From the NCBI RefSeq assembly GCF_001194135.2, contig NC_068992.1, positions 9,999,444-10,063,443 of the forward strand: DNA of 64,000 nucleotides, in the 5' to 3' direction. The notes under the pieces were generated by a model. The model saw only the letters and a program-made list of their open reading frames with translations. It did not search any database and had not been told where the DNA came from. The translations under genes were made by a program, and so were the position numbers. The DNA is from Octopus bimaculoides (taxonomy: Eukaryota). Positions 12,644 through 26,789 of this stretch are shown here, piece by piece (the first letter of the stretch is position 1; every line of letters starts with the position of its first letter).

Positions 12644-14683
12644 CATCATCATCGTCGTCATCATCATTTTACATCCGTTCTTCCATGGTAGGATGGGTTA
12701 GATGGTTCAGCAAGGATATAGTGATTCAGTGGCTCACATCATACTCCAACATCTCATTTTGAGCATGGTTTCTATGGTTGGATGCCCTTCCTAACACCAA
12801 TCACATTATGGAGTATACTGCATGCATTTTTTATGGCACCAACACTGCAGAGGTTTCCTTGCCATCAGAAAGACTAAAAAGCTCCTGATAACACAAAAAG
12901 TAAAATGGATAAATCGCCCATCACTTTCAACAATGCTATGTTACGGGGACGTAAACACACTACCATTGGTTGTCAAGCAGTGTTGGGGGGACAAACACAG
13001 ACACACAAACATATACACACATATACATATATATGACAGGCTTCTTTCAGTTTCCGTCTACCAAATCCACTCACAAGGCTTTGGTCGGCCCGTGGCTATA
13101 GTAGAAGACACTTGCCCAAGGTGCCGCACAGTGTGACTGAACCCAGAACCATGTGGTTGTTAAGCAAGCTACTTACCACACAGCCACTCTTGCGCCTTTG
13201 ATTGTTTATTTTCAGAATGACATTATGGAGTTGACGTGGGAGTCTGGATCCGGACAGTTAAAACAGGTACACCATTCAGGCTGGATGTGGCCAATTTAAA
13301 TGCTAAAGGGTTATAGTGTTCTATACTTTGCTCATCTTTCCCAACCCAAAAGTGTCTGAGGAATATTTAACCATGAGGACATTAATTCAATGGAGGTGGG
13401 GGTGGGAGAAGGTGGTTCGGTTGATTGAACAACTGAACGGTCAGCATGGAGATTAACAGTGATCCATTTACTAGTTACTAGTTAGTATTACTTGTGTATG
13501 GTTAGTAGGTTAGTAGTGTGGTAATAAATGTACCAGTGTGTTGCTAGCAGCTGGCTTGGGAGAGGCTGATGGTCATTTAGTTTTGAAGTGGTCTCTCAAA
13601 GTCACTCATTGTTTCATAACAAGGAGTGTGGAGTGTGGAAAGGGCAAATGTGTATATGCTTGTACAAGTGTGTGTGTGTTTGTGTGTGTGTGTATGTGTG
13701 TGTGGGTGTGCGTGTGTGCATGTGTGTATTTGTGTATGTGTATGTGGTGTACATGCGCTTACATATACAGAGGTGTGTTGTGTGTGAATGTATGTGTGTA
13801 TGTATTCATTAATGTAGGACTTCTCTTTCTCTCTCTCTCTTCACACACACACACATTTATATCATCATCATCATCATCATCATCGTTTAACGTCCGCTTT
13901 CCATGCTAGCATGGGTTGGACGATTTGACTGAGGACTGGTGAAACCGGATGGCAACACCAGGCTCCAGTCTAATTTGGCAGAGTTTCTACAGCTGGATGC
14001 CCTTCCTAACGCCAACCACTCGGAGAGTGTAGTGGGTGCTTTTACGTGTCACCCGCACGAAAACGGCCACGCTCNNNNNNNNNNNNNNNNNNNNNNNNNN
14101 NNNNNNNNNNNNNNNNNNNNNNNNNNNNNNNNNNNNNNNNNNNNNNNNNNNNNNNNNNNNNNNNNNNNNNNNNNNNNNNNNNNNNNNNNNNNNNNNNNNN
14201 NNNNNNNNNNNNNNNNNNNNNNNNNNNNNNNNNNNNNNNNNNNNNNNNNNNNNNNNNNNNNNNNNNNNNNNNNNNNNNNNNNNNNNNNNNNNNNNNNNNN
14301 NNNNNNNNNNNNNNNNNNNNNNNNNNNNNNNNNNNNNNNNNNNNNNNNNNNNNNNNNNNNNNNNNNNNNNNNNNNNNNNNNNNNNNNNNNNNNNNNNNNN
14401 NNNNNNNNNNNNNNNNNNNNNNNNNNNNNNNNNNNNNNNNNNNNNNNNNNNNNNNNNNNNNNNNNNNNNNNNNNNNNNNNNNNNNNNNNNNNNNNNNNNN
14501 NNNNNNNNNNNNNNNNNNNNNNNNNNNNNNNNNNNNNNNNNNNNNNNNNNNNNNNNNNNNNNNNNNNNNNNNNNNNNNNNNNNNNNNNNNNNNNNNNNNN
14601 NNNNNNNNNNNNNNNNNNNNNNNNNNNNNNNNNNNNNNNNNNNNNNNNNNNNNNNNNNNNNNNNNNNNNNNNNNNNNNNNNNN

Positions 14684-15559
14684 TGCAGTGCATAAACTGT
14701 CATCTAAATCACGCAAAAATTAAAATAACACTGACGTCTGATTTTAACAGATAAATTTACCGAAATTGCATGAAAATATCTTGAAATACTAAAGAGTAAA
14801 TTCATTCAATAAAATCGCCATTGGCCTCAACCACATCTTCTGGACGACTTTGGAATCTCCTGCAACTCTTCTGGACGGTCTCCTTGTTTAAGTTGGTGAA
14901 TGCTGCTATAATCCTTGCCATCAGTGCACCTTTAGTGTTATAAGGAGTTTTGTTGGTCTTAACTGCACTCCACACATAATAATCAAGGGGGTTGCAGTGT
15001 GGGGAGTTAGGTGTCCAGATGTTAGGGGTGATGTAGTCACAGAAATTCTGATAGCCATGACTGGGTTCTCCTGCTTGTGTGGCATGGCACAGAGTCCTGT
15101 TGGCAGACAGGGTCTTTCAGTAGCCACCCTCTTGACCCAGGGCAGCACTACCTTCTCCAGGTGCTTGATGTAGGCCTCCGTGTTGAGTCTGAAGCCATGT
15201 GGGAAGATAAATGGAGGCATAACGTCACCATTACTAGTGGTCACTCCAAACACCATGATGTTGACTGGATGTTTGATTTTTATCACTCTCAGTACATGTC
15301 CTCAGATTGCACTGTCCTCAGATTGACACCCAAACACTCTGAAATAATTGTATTGGAGCTTCCGACGTGAATGCTAAGCAGTATAGTATGTTGTTTCCAA
15401 ATTTCTGGCTGAGTGAATTGTGTCATGGTGCTGTTTTTCTCACAAAGGGTGCCCAACTGATCCTACTCTACTGTGTAGTTAACAAAATCAAAAACAAACA
15501 ATGCACATGTACGAAATTAATAAAATAACATAGTGACAATTTACCCATTGCACTCTGTA
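14684..15559 (-). mobile_element. Tc1/mariner DD37D (maT-type) transposon, internally deleted and frameshifted, with TIRs
   Basis: - strand fragments: HTH (SSNTIISECLGVNLRTVQ), KHPVNIMVFGVTTSNG, QQDS.PCHTSRRTQSW...W.PNSP.CNPLDYYVW (37 residues between the 2nd and 3rd D after repairing a 2-nt deletion), C-terminus SCRRFQSRPEDVVEANGDFIE*. Left end TGCAGTGCATAAACTGTCAT matches the reverse complement of the right end TGCAATGGGTAAATTGTCAC (15/20); TA follows at 15558. Confidence 0.85.
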
Positions 15560-15947
15560 TATACATACATACATACATACATACATACATACATACAAGC
15601 AAACAGACAAAAATACCCTGTTGTTGATGTTGAAATTCCAATGAAGGAGCCTTGGATCTAGGTTAGAAACCAGTTCTTTCTCTGTTGGCAAGAAATCTTG
15701 AAATAAACTGAATAATGATATACATACACACATGCATACATACATGCATACATGCATACATACATACATACATACATACATACATACACATACAGAAACA
15801 TACATACATATATACAGACAGACGACATAGATACATACATAACATACATACATCCATAACATACATATCTATTCATCTTTCACTCTCATATGCATAGATA
15901 TTCAGTTGGGAAATATGGACAATAACTTCATAATTAAATGATGAATG

Positions 15948-15997
<50 letters not shown>

Positions 15998-16728
15998 GTG
16001 ACGACAATGATGATGAGAACTATAACATCATCAACCCAATGACAATGATAGTATAGGCAGCAGTAACAGCAATAATGATGACGACGACAATGTTAATGGT
16101 GATGGCTCTGATGATAATAATGATGATGATGATGATTGACAATGACGATGTTGACGACGAAGTATATGATTACACACAAGCGCATGCAAATGAAGATACA
16201 CTTTACTACATACTCCTACCTAATTCCCCCACTTGTTTATGACATCTCATCTGGTTGGTCATCTCTGTCTAAATTACATAACACATCACATGTACTACCA
16301 TTTGGTTTGCACATTGCTATGGAGACCAATATCCAGTGCACACATGCACTAGCAAATATTATATGCTGTACATTTATATTTGCCCCATTTTTTAAATATT
16401 ATACATAATAAATTCTCTTAAGGCACTGAAATGACAGATTTATTAAAACATCAGAATGTCAGGCAGAATTTCTTTGGAATCTTTGCACTCCATGTTCAAG
16501 TCTTATTGAGATCCACTTTGCTCCTGGGGTCGACAAATAAAATATCATTTAAGGGAGGGTGACAGAGCTGTTAGAGTTTAGGACGAGATGCATCACACTA
16601 CCTATACTTAGTCATTGTATTTTGAGTTCAAATTTCATCACTCACCATTAGACTCCTCCTTATAACAAGAACTGGGCCATTTTGAGATTTAGCTGATGGT
16701 GATAATTAACATGGGACAAAGAGACATG

Positions 16729-16784
<56 letters not shown>

Positions 16785-18676
16785 TACACACTCATGCACA
16801 CATACAAACACGCATACATGCATACACATATACATGCACACAAATAACACACACACACATACAACAAGCTTCTTTATCAGTTTCTGTTTATCAGATCCAT
16901 GCACAAGGCTTTGATCATCCTAGGGCTAAAGTAGAAAACACTTGCCCAAGTTCCTGTGTAGTGCGAATGAACTCTGAACCACATGGTTCTGAAGTAATCT
17001 TCTAACTATGCAGCCAAGTCGGTGCCTGTTTTATGTATGTGATAAAGAAATACAAGCAACCAATTTGATTGTATTTACAATGAATTGCTCTTCGTAATTT
17101 ATTGAACATTGTGAGGAGGTGGATACAGAAATAAAATATTTTATTATGTTGAAGTCGTTGTGTATTATGAGAAACAAGTTAAATAAAGCTAAAGTTTCAT
17201 AATAGAGGGTTTAGGAATGTTGAAATACTTTCTGGCAATGAGAAAAGGTGGAACATCAGTAGTAATAAGTTTTGCTAATGAAACAAAAGCTCTTTAGATA
17301 ATAACAAGTGGGAGGTCTTTACTATTTATTTTGGTTGGTGACAGACACCATACAACAAATGAATGTTTTGGAACACAAAAAAAAAACTTTACGAAATCAT
17401 AAATACATTTTTGTGACCTATGGCTATTCCATGGTTTTCATAAATGCTCGTATTTCTATGTTGTTGCATATATTTATAGACATGCATTTATAGACATTGT
17501 TGTATTATTTTAAATGTTATTGATTACATCTTGTAGTTCCAGAGATTTACTTGTTTAAAGTGTGACATTTGAATTTCTTTCACTATGTCTCTGAGATCAC
17601 TCCATGGTTAAGGTTGTTAAAAGTATAACGATCAAACACATAATGATGAACAGAATAAGATTGTATACTACAGCTTCAGGTTGACCAAAAAAAAACCATG
17701 CAAGCAGATTTGATAAATAGAAACTGAAAGAAGTCTTTTGCAGGTCTTTTGAGATTGGTGAGATTGATGCTGTTAATATTTGGTTTAAAGTGTTAAAGGT
17801 TGACATCTACAAGAAAGACATGAGAGAGAGATTCTGGAAGGCCAATGTTCTGCAGATGAAGAATTTGTTGAAGTGGTTAATGCACTCATTGCCTGGAGCT
17901 CTCATGGCCAGAGATATACAGATAAAATTAATAAACAACCTGTGTTTTTACTGATACCTGAGATGATGAGGGAAACGCTCAGTAACAGTTCTCATCATCA
18001 TCATCATCATCATCATCATTATTGTTGTCGTCATCATCGGTGTTGTCATAGTCATCATCATCGTCATCATCATCATCATTGTCATCACCATGACCTTAAT
18101 GTGAAATGTAAAGTTAGGTGGATGAACACGAAATGGGTAATGAATAGAGGAGAGTGGTGGACCACATGCAAAACAACCTGGACCACTCCTCCCACATCCC
18201 CCTAGCTTCCCCCCCATATGCCCCTATGTTCCCCTATATCTCCTCACATTTCCCACAATACTCTATCTCCCCTCACTTCCCCATACCCCACATCCACAAC
18301 TCCCAAATATCCCTCCTACCTCCAAAGCCCCTCCCCATCCAATTTAGAAGCATACTTAGAGGCCAACATTCACATTATATTTACCATTATGATTCTCCGT
18401 CTCTGCTACAATTAAGGTTGGGTTCCTCTTTCCTAATGACATTTTCTTTGAACTACATTATCTTTAAACAGACAACATTTTACTTTTGTTTTGATTCTTT
18501 CAGCTTTGGTGGAATTTTAACACAAATATTATTATACATCGTAACAAATGGTAAATTCTTGGAAAAATTCTTCATAGCAAATACCCACCTATTCGCTTTC
18601 TCACTTCTTCTTTAGGTACATGAGAGAGTATAAATATATATGTGTATATATATTACATATATGTATATATATATTT

Positions 18677-18708
<32 letters not shown>

Positions 18709-18710
18709 CA

Positions 18711-18756
<46 letters not shown>

Positions 18757-18818
18757 TACAAATATATATGTATATACAAATGTATGTATGTATGTATCTC
18801 TCTCTCTCTTTATATATG

Positions 18819-18857
<39 letters not shown>

Positions 18858-21236
18858 GCACATACATATATAAATACAAACTCAATTATATAAAAGTTTG
18901 TGTTTACAAACTAGAGGGAGAAAAATAGTCCTCAATGTAAGAAGTAGAATTTCTAGCTTTGTTTTGAAGCTAAATTGTGAAACTAGGAATTGTAATTATT
19001 GTGAAATTTTAACTTCAAAATAATAACCCCACCACGCACATATTTAATATTTACCACCTTATCTCTCACTTACTCTTTTTCCATTATTCCTTCTCTCTCT
19101 CCCTCTCTTTCTCTCTCTCTCTCTTTTCCTCTCTCTCCCTCCCCTACCTCTTTCTCTCTCACGTTACACTCTTTTTCTATTTCTCTGTTTTTTCTCTTCC
19201 TAAATCTCTTTTAGTATTTCAGCATCTCTAATCATCAACCATTTCCTCTCGCTATTTCTCTCTTTCTGTTGTATTTTCCGACAATTTCTCTTATGTCTCT
19301 TAGAACTCACCATAACGAACTTTGAATGTCGAATGAAAATATAAAAATATAACAAAAAGTAAAAACTTTTTTTAAATAAACAAAACAAAACAAAAAAAAA
19401 TAATATTCAATTCTCAAAATTCTACAAGAGTTCTTTTACTGCTAAATTTTGAAAATTCTGATAGAATAAATATTCCAATCGTGCGAGGTGTGGAGGTGGG
19501 GAGGGCAGGGTAACTGGGAGAAAAAATTAAAAAAAATTTAACGGTCTGTAATTTTGGAATGATTGAAAGTGGAATTATTAATGGTTTGTAATTATGACTG
19601 TTTACGACAGTCATTCTCCCATTTGATGAGAAGATAACTGGCAAGCAACAATCAGGCGAGCATAGAGTATTCGGCACTACATCAATGCTTCTTCAACTAA
19701 GACAATAGAGATGTTGTGTGAGATATGCTGCTTGATAAAGGTAGTTCCAGAGCTCTGCATTGTTGACGTTATATAAAATGTTCATTCTGGTTTCTCTGTG
19801 GTTTAGTACATATTTCAAATTATTTCTTCAATAGTTCTTTCTAATTTTTGACACAAGGCCTGCAATTTCGAGGCCACTGGGGAAGTTGATTACATCGACC
19901 CCCCCAGTGCCAACTGATACTTATTTTATTGACTCTGGAAGGATGAAAGATAAAACCAGCTCTGGCAGCATTTGAACTCAGGCCATAAAACTGGAAGAAA
20001 TGCTGTTCAGCATTTTGTCTGGCATGCTAATGATTCTGCCAACTCACCCCGCCACCCCCAGACTATTTGGTTAATATCATATCAACAAGAGAGTGTAGGC
20101 TTTTGTCCTGCTAGAGCTAACAGTCAAATCTTCATTCATCAAACATGTTTAACAAGAAAAGAACATGTGATAATGTAGTTTTAGATACAGGCACAAGCAT
20201 GGCTGTATGGCTACGAAGTTTCCTTTGCAACTAACCACATGGTTTTGGGTTCAATACCACAATGTGCCACTTTTGTTGCCAAAAGTTTTCAACAATGAGT
20301 TGATCACTGCCTTGTGAGTGAAATATGGTTGATGGTAACATCGAAAGCTTGGTGTGTATCTATATACAGATGCCCCCCCCCACACACACACATACATGCA
20401 TGCTTGTATATAAGTACCAGCCAAATACTGTGATTCATTTAATCAAGTACATATACCTCACCCACCTCCAAATTTGTGCCCTTCTGCTAATGCTAGAAAT
20501 CATTAACCTGTATTATCATCATCATTGTTGTTATTGTTGTTGTTGTTATAGAGATTGAAAAGGAGAGAGATGCCTGCCTGAGGATCAAACCTCAGTTACA
20601 TAACCATAAACGTACCACCTTTTAACATGCAAACACTGAAGGTTGTGTGTGGCCGACCTTAAAAATCTTTTGAGAGAAGGGCAGACAACTTTTGACTTCC
20701 CACTGTACAGACACCTGTCAGTCAGTTCTAATTTAGTTGATATTGTTTGTTATTCAACAAGATTCTTACTGTTGAAAGTTAATATTGTTAAGTACCATAT
20801 ACCCAAGAGGGGGAAAAAAGAAGAAAAAAGAGAAGGCAACTAACACTTTATAAGTTTATCATTATCCAGTACTTGAATCCAATTTGACAAGCTTGGACAC
20901 ACACTGCCTATGACAGGATAGGAACTAAAAGCTCTTCACTTAGCAATCCCACACCTTTCCCCACTTAATCTCAAGTTGGTGTTTGAAAATTTACGAAATA
21001 TCTGTATTGAGTGTTATTTTTCATTGTTTATTGTGTATTTATAATTGTATCTCACCCTGTTGTTGAAGGGAAGTCATAAGTCAGGACTGATCAAGCACTT
21101 CCTAAACGTAGAAGACACTCCAGCGAAGTAGAAGCTGGTAGGATGTCATTTGAGAGAGATATAGCTGCTGCTTCTTGCAAGTCAACTCTCTTGATGGCTC
21201 ATTCAGTATATGTGTGTGTGTATGTGTGTGTGCATA

Positions 21237-21284
<48 letters not shown>

Positions 21285-21504
21285 TGAATTTCTGTATGCG
21301 TGTGTATATGTCTACAGGGATGTCACAGCTTTCTGTGTGTATGTGATTTTACTTACGCATCTGTTTGTATATATATATNNNNNNNNNNNNNNNNNNNNNN
21401 NNNNNNNNNNNNNNNNNNNNNNNNNNNNNNNNNNNNNNNNNNNNNNNNNNNNNNNNNNNNNNNNNNNNNNNNNNNNNNNNNNNNNNNATATATGTATATA
21501 TATA

Positions 21505-21660
21505 GTTGAAATTTATAGCAAAACAAAGATGAAGACAGGTGTAGGAACAACAAGCAAATGAATAAGTTTGATGCTCGGGTAAAATGGAAAAGCCTTTTAT
21601 GTTTTGAACTTATGCTCTTTGACAGAAAGGAATAAGAGGGAATAAGTAGAGAAAGAATAA
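21505..21660 (-). mobile_element. Older copy of the 52590-52760 Penelope-like short element
   Basis: Collinear with 52600-52750 (gaaatttatag..aaagacaggtgt..); degenerate ribozyme-like motif at 21594-21629; abuts (TA)n. Confidence 0.6.
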
Positions 21661-22331
21661 AAAAAACATGTTGAGTTCAGTGGTCCAACATGGTGAATAT
21701 ATATATATATATATCATCATCATCATCATCATCGTTTAACGTCCGCTTTCCATGCTAGCATGGGTTGGACGATTTGACTGAGGACTGGTGAAATCGGATG
21801 GCAACACCAGGCTCCATATATATAGATATATGATATGATATAATAAATGAGAGTGTTAGTGTGTCAGTGTGTCACACTTTTTCAACTTTACTTTTAGAGG
21901 CCGTAGCTCAACACATCATACCATTTTGGAATCAGGCCAACTCTGTGAGTAAATTAAAAACATTCTGGGATGAATCTGGACGCATAGTCCCAAAATTTTG
22001 GATTCCCAAGTTTTCATTACTGCGATTGTTTTTGGCAATTTTTTTATGTGACTTTTTGCAACAAATTTCTTTGTACGATAACAATTTTTTATAGCTTGGA
22101 AAAAAATTTGAGGAATGATTGAAATTAATTGCGAAATCCAGGGATTATTTTTGGTGATCTTTTTGCTTGATTTTTTGTGACGAATAGGATCATCATAGGA
22201 ATATATTACTCTGGAGGAAGCAATTGCAACAAATTCTCCAAAACAAGTCTGAGATTTGTTTGCAGATCTTCCCATTCGGGGTTATTAGCTTAAAAGTTAG
22301 TATATATATATGTGTATATATATGTGTGTGT

Positions 22332-22404
<73 letters not shown>

Positions 22405-23080
22405 CATATGTAGATGGGTGTATGTGTGTCTGAGAAAGTCAATTATTTGTACTTAAGTAGTGGAAGTGGTGGTGGTGGTGGTCTTGGTTGTGGTAGTAAT
22501 TGTTATTGTGGTTGTTGTTATAGTGGGGGTGGTTGCTGCTGTTGCTATTGTGGTAGTAGTGGAGGCAGCCAGGAATTTCAAGGACTCAACACCAGAAAAA
22601 CTGAAGACAGGGAAACCAATCCTTCATTATTTCATACAATGCAATACCACTTGACTTTCTAATAGAGGCACAAGGCCAGAAATTTGGTGAAAAGAGATTA
22701 GTTCATTAAATTGACTTAAAAATACTTGACTGATACTTTGTTTTATCAGTTCAGGAAGGATGAAAGACAAGCGTGACTTTGACAGGAAGTGATTTTAAAG
22801 CACAAAGAATCAGAATAAATAGTGAATAGTATAGATAAATGTATAGATATTTATTTGAAAGCTTTAGCTGTGGAGATTACAGGTGATGTGAAAACATTTT
22901 ATTGCTCTCATAAGTAAACTGAAAATGGTTGGTAACCCTCTTAAAATCTATGCGAAGAATGCACTCTTATTCTTTGGCTACCCACAGAACTATTAATCTA
23001 AACTGATACACACACACACATACACACACAAACACACGCATGCATACATATATCATACATACATATATACATAAAAATAT

Positions 23081-23113
<33 letters not shown>

Positions 23114-23769
23114 NNNNNNNNNNNNACACACAAATGGTTTATTAGGATATAACATAAACAATTGTCTTGCTGATTTTCAGAATGTTTGTATAGAAGGAAT
23201 ATTTGTATAAGAATGGTATAGATGTGTCTAAATGGCCAATGACATTACTATCTCACATTCCCTCTCTTCCCACAACCTCTGTACCTGTAATTGTCTGTAA
23301 CTCACTGAGTTTATGAATTCCTTCTGAGTTGTGTAAATCCTTGTCACCACTGTTTAAATCCTTAACATGTTAGATTGCTATAATGCCCACTTTGGTAAAC
23401 AGTACACTTAGTAAAACCAGTAAAGGCACGACTATCTCTGACCACCTACTACATACTCTGGTACTTCATGTACCTCTCTTTACTTATAGTTACTAGGTTT
23501 TTCCATTTGTCATGTGGGAGGGGTGTACAATTATTACTAATTCCCTACAACAAATATGTAATATGTACACACACACACACACATACACATTCATGTAAAT
23601 ATATGTATTTTAAAAGGTGGCAGTGATTTTGTAGTCTTCTTTTGCATCCAGTCTGGCTTTTCAAACGTGATTGTGCAAAACTTCAAAGCCACCTCCAATC
23701 ATTAAACGCATACAGATAATGTGCTGCATTGCTCATAATCACTTCTTTAATCAGTTTTATATATAACTG

Positions 23770-24600
23770 AAGTTGTGGCTGTGTGGTAAGAAGCTTGCTT
23801 CCTAAACACATGATTCTGGGTTCAGTTCCACTGTGTGGTACCTTGGGCAAGTGCCTTCTACAATAGTCTCAGACCAACCAAAGCCTTGTGAGTGGATTTA
23901 GTAGACAGAAACTGAAAGAAGCCTGTCATATAAATATATATACAGAATGTAACCACATGTGAGCTGTTGGCGATTTTCTTCCTCTGTTTTCTCTTCTTTT
24001 GGACTTTTCTCTGTTTCCGATGAAGAGCAGCTGCTCGAAACATTAAACCATCTTTCTTTCCTTTCCTGAGCATCTGCTAATACATTACATGTGCCACGTC
24101 CTCGCGTTGTTGTTTTTTTGTGTTTGTTCTTTTTGGGATTTATATATATATGTATATANNNNNNNNNNNNNNNNNNNNNNNNNNNNNNNNNNNNNNNNNN
24201 NNNNNNNNNNNNNNNNNNNNNNNNNNNNNNNNNNNNNNNNNNNNNNNNNNNNNNNNNNNNNNNNNNNNNNNNNNNNNNNNNNNNNNNNNNNNNNNNNNNN
24301 NNNNNNNNNNNNNNNNNNNNNNNNNNNNNNNNNNNNNNNNNNNNNNNNNNNNNNNNNNNTATATATATATATATTTATATTTATGTGTGTGTGTGTTTGT
24401 GTCTGTACTTGTCACCCCACCCCCATCCCCACCCACAATCGCCTGACAACCAATGGTGGGGTATTTACATCCCTGTAGCCTAGTGGTTTGGCAAAAGAGA
24501 CTGATAGGATAAGTACCAGGCTTACAAAGAATAAGTCATGGGGTTGATTTCTTCATCTGGGCTCCAGCATGGCCACAGTCAAATGACTGAGACAAATACA
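23770..24600 (+). mobile_element. SINE family A split by a nested hammerhead-bearing element
   Basis: Head 23770-23930, foreign insert about 23945-24140, TA tract and gap, 3' body 24380-24600. Confidence 0.7.
24013..24048 (+). ncRNA. Minimal hammerhead ribozyme-like motif in a Penelope-like fragment (about 23960-24140)
   Basis: Stem I GUUU/AAAC, core CCGAUGA, A, stem II GAGC-agcu-GCUC, GAAA, CAUU (CpG-decayed CGUU). Confidence 0.45.
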
Positions 24601-26661
24601 TATGTGTATATGTATGCTCATATGTATACATATATGGTGGATTGGTGGATGTATATACATGTGTATGTATGCTTATACACACTCATATGACAATTTATGT
24701 AGAAACATTTAGATGCATCCATGTAATTGAAATATGTATATATATTCATGTATGTGTGTGTACATATATGTATGTACATATGCATATATAAAGATATATA
24801 TATATACATATATAATTTATGTAAGGGCATTACTATACAATAATGCCTCACGCTCAGAGGGACTCCATATAAATATATATATATACATATAGATATACAT
24901 ATATACATATATATATACATATATACATAATTATATACATAAACACATACATATACATATATACACATACATTCAAGCACTTACATACATACACATACAT
25001 ACATACAAACATGTGTGTGTGTGTGTGCATGCATATATGTTTCCCTTGAATCAATATAGTACATTGTTCCACGTTGTGTGTTCAATCAGTTTGGCATTTG
25101 ATGATTACATACCAGAAAAAAAAAAATCAAACACATAAATAAATAAAACAAAATAAAATAAAAGAAAAGAATAAAAAATGGGAGCAAATTGGAGCTCATT
25201 GAGAGGATTTTTAATTTCTTTTTATCAAAGAGAAACCAGAAATTATCCCTTTCAGCCGTTTGCAGTCAAGGTTAGCTTTCGGAATTAATAGGTCTTCATT
25301 TTTCTGCATCTCAATCGAGTTTCTCTTATTTGTTTTGCTGAAAAAATTTTTNNNNNNNNNNNNNNNNNNNNNNNNNNNNNNNNNNNNNNNNNNNNNNNNN
25401 NNNNNNNNNNNNNNNNNNNNNNNNNNNNNNNNNNNNNNNNNNNNNNNNNNNNNNNNNNNNNNNNNNNNNNNNNNNNNNNNNNNNNNNNNNNNNNNNNNNN
25501 NNNNNNNNNNNNNNNNNNNNNNNNNNNNNNNNNNNNNNNNNNNNNNNNNNNNNNNNNNNNNNNNNNNNNNNNNNNNNNNNNNNNNNNNNNNNNNNNNNNN
25601 NNNNNNNNNNNNNNNNNNNNNNNNNNNNNNNNNNNNNNNNNNNNNNNNNNNNNNNNNNNNNNNNNNNNNNNNNNNNNNNNNNNNNNNNNNNNNNNNNNNN
25701 NNNNNNNNNNNNNNNNNNNNNNNNNNNNNNNNNNNNNNNNNNNNNNNNNNNNNNNNNNNNNNNNNNNNNNNNNNNNNNNNNNNNNNNNNNNNNNNNNNNN
25801 NNNNNNNNNNNNNNNNNNNNNNNNNNNNNNNNNNNNNNNNNNNNNNNNNNNNAGAATAATAAATATAAATCTGAAAATGTATGTTCTTGTGTGTGTGTTT
25901 GTCCCCTACCGCCTCTTGATGACGATGATTATGATGTTGATTAGGATAATGATGATGATGACGATGACTTACAAGGCTGTAAGTGTGGGAAAACAGCAGA
26001 TAATGAAATCAACTCTGTGCTTGGGTGAGACTTTATTTTACTGCCCCCAACAGGGTTCGAACTTTGAAACATTGAAAAACAGAAAAAGCCAACAAGATAC
26101 AGTTTTAGAAAATATTTAGTTCAGAAGTCAACTGATGCTGCATCACAGAAGAGACAATACATTATTGAGGCAAAAAGTAACTGTAAATTGGAAACTAATT
26201 CTTTCCAAAAGAAACCTCAAGCAATGTCTGATTCAATCTCCATTACTGACATAGGCTATTCTAAACAGAAGGAAATTTTATGTTGCGGGAGAATATTATG
26301 GGATTGATATGGTATCTTTAATTATTTATATAACAATCCATTTTTCTTCTGTTTACATCCTTACATAAACAACAGTTGAAGTTGGTATTAATTTCTGGGT
26401 ATGCAAAAAGGAACCAAAACAAAACAAAACAAAACAAAATACAATGAATGAAGAAAAAAACAAAAATAAAGAGCTATATGGTTTTATTTATTCAGTGGTT
26501 TTTACATTGACTAACTTGAAGCTTGCTAACATGTGCAAAGGTAATAATCTCTCAAAGCAATCTTGATATCCATCTACAATATATATATATGTATGTATGT
26601 GTGTATATACACACACATATACATATACATACATAAATACATACACACATACATACATATG

Positions 26662-26716
<55 letters not shown>

Positions 26717-26789
26717 CTGTATATGTATATCATATATATAATATATTTCAGCAAATAAACTAGCAGTAAGCAGCAGAATGGCTAATATT

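Noticed and set aside
15600-15715. CCAATGAAGG..AGAAACC as another hammerhead
   Set aside because: The core deviates at several positions, stem II does not start next to the core, and there is no ACGU palindrome.
17597-17806. 69-aa - strand ORF with a hydrophobic C-terminus after an AG
   Set aside because: Its second half is a decayed family A SINE segment (TTCTTTCAGTTTC..); no partner exons.
21916-22275. 119-aa - strand ORF
   Set aside because: Lys-rich from A-tracts, no motif; the region looks like a DNA-transposon or MITE terminal sequence that I could not classify.
26060-26310. About 80-codon open frame on + (..VQKSTDAASQKRQYIIEAK..)
   Set aside because: No ATG near its start; the nearest acceptor (caacag at about 26053) leads into a stop in this frame; no recognisable homology.
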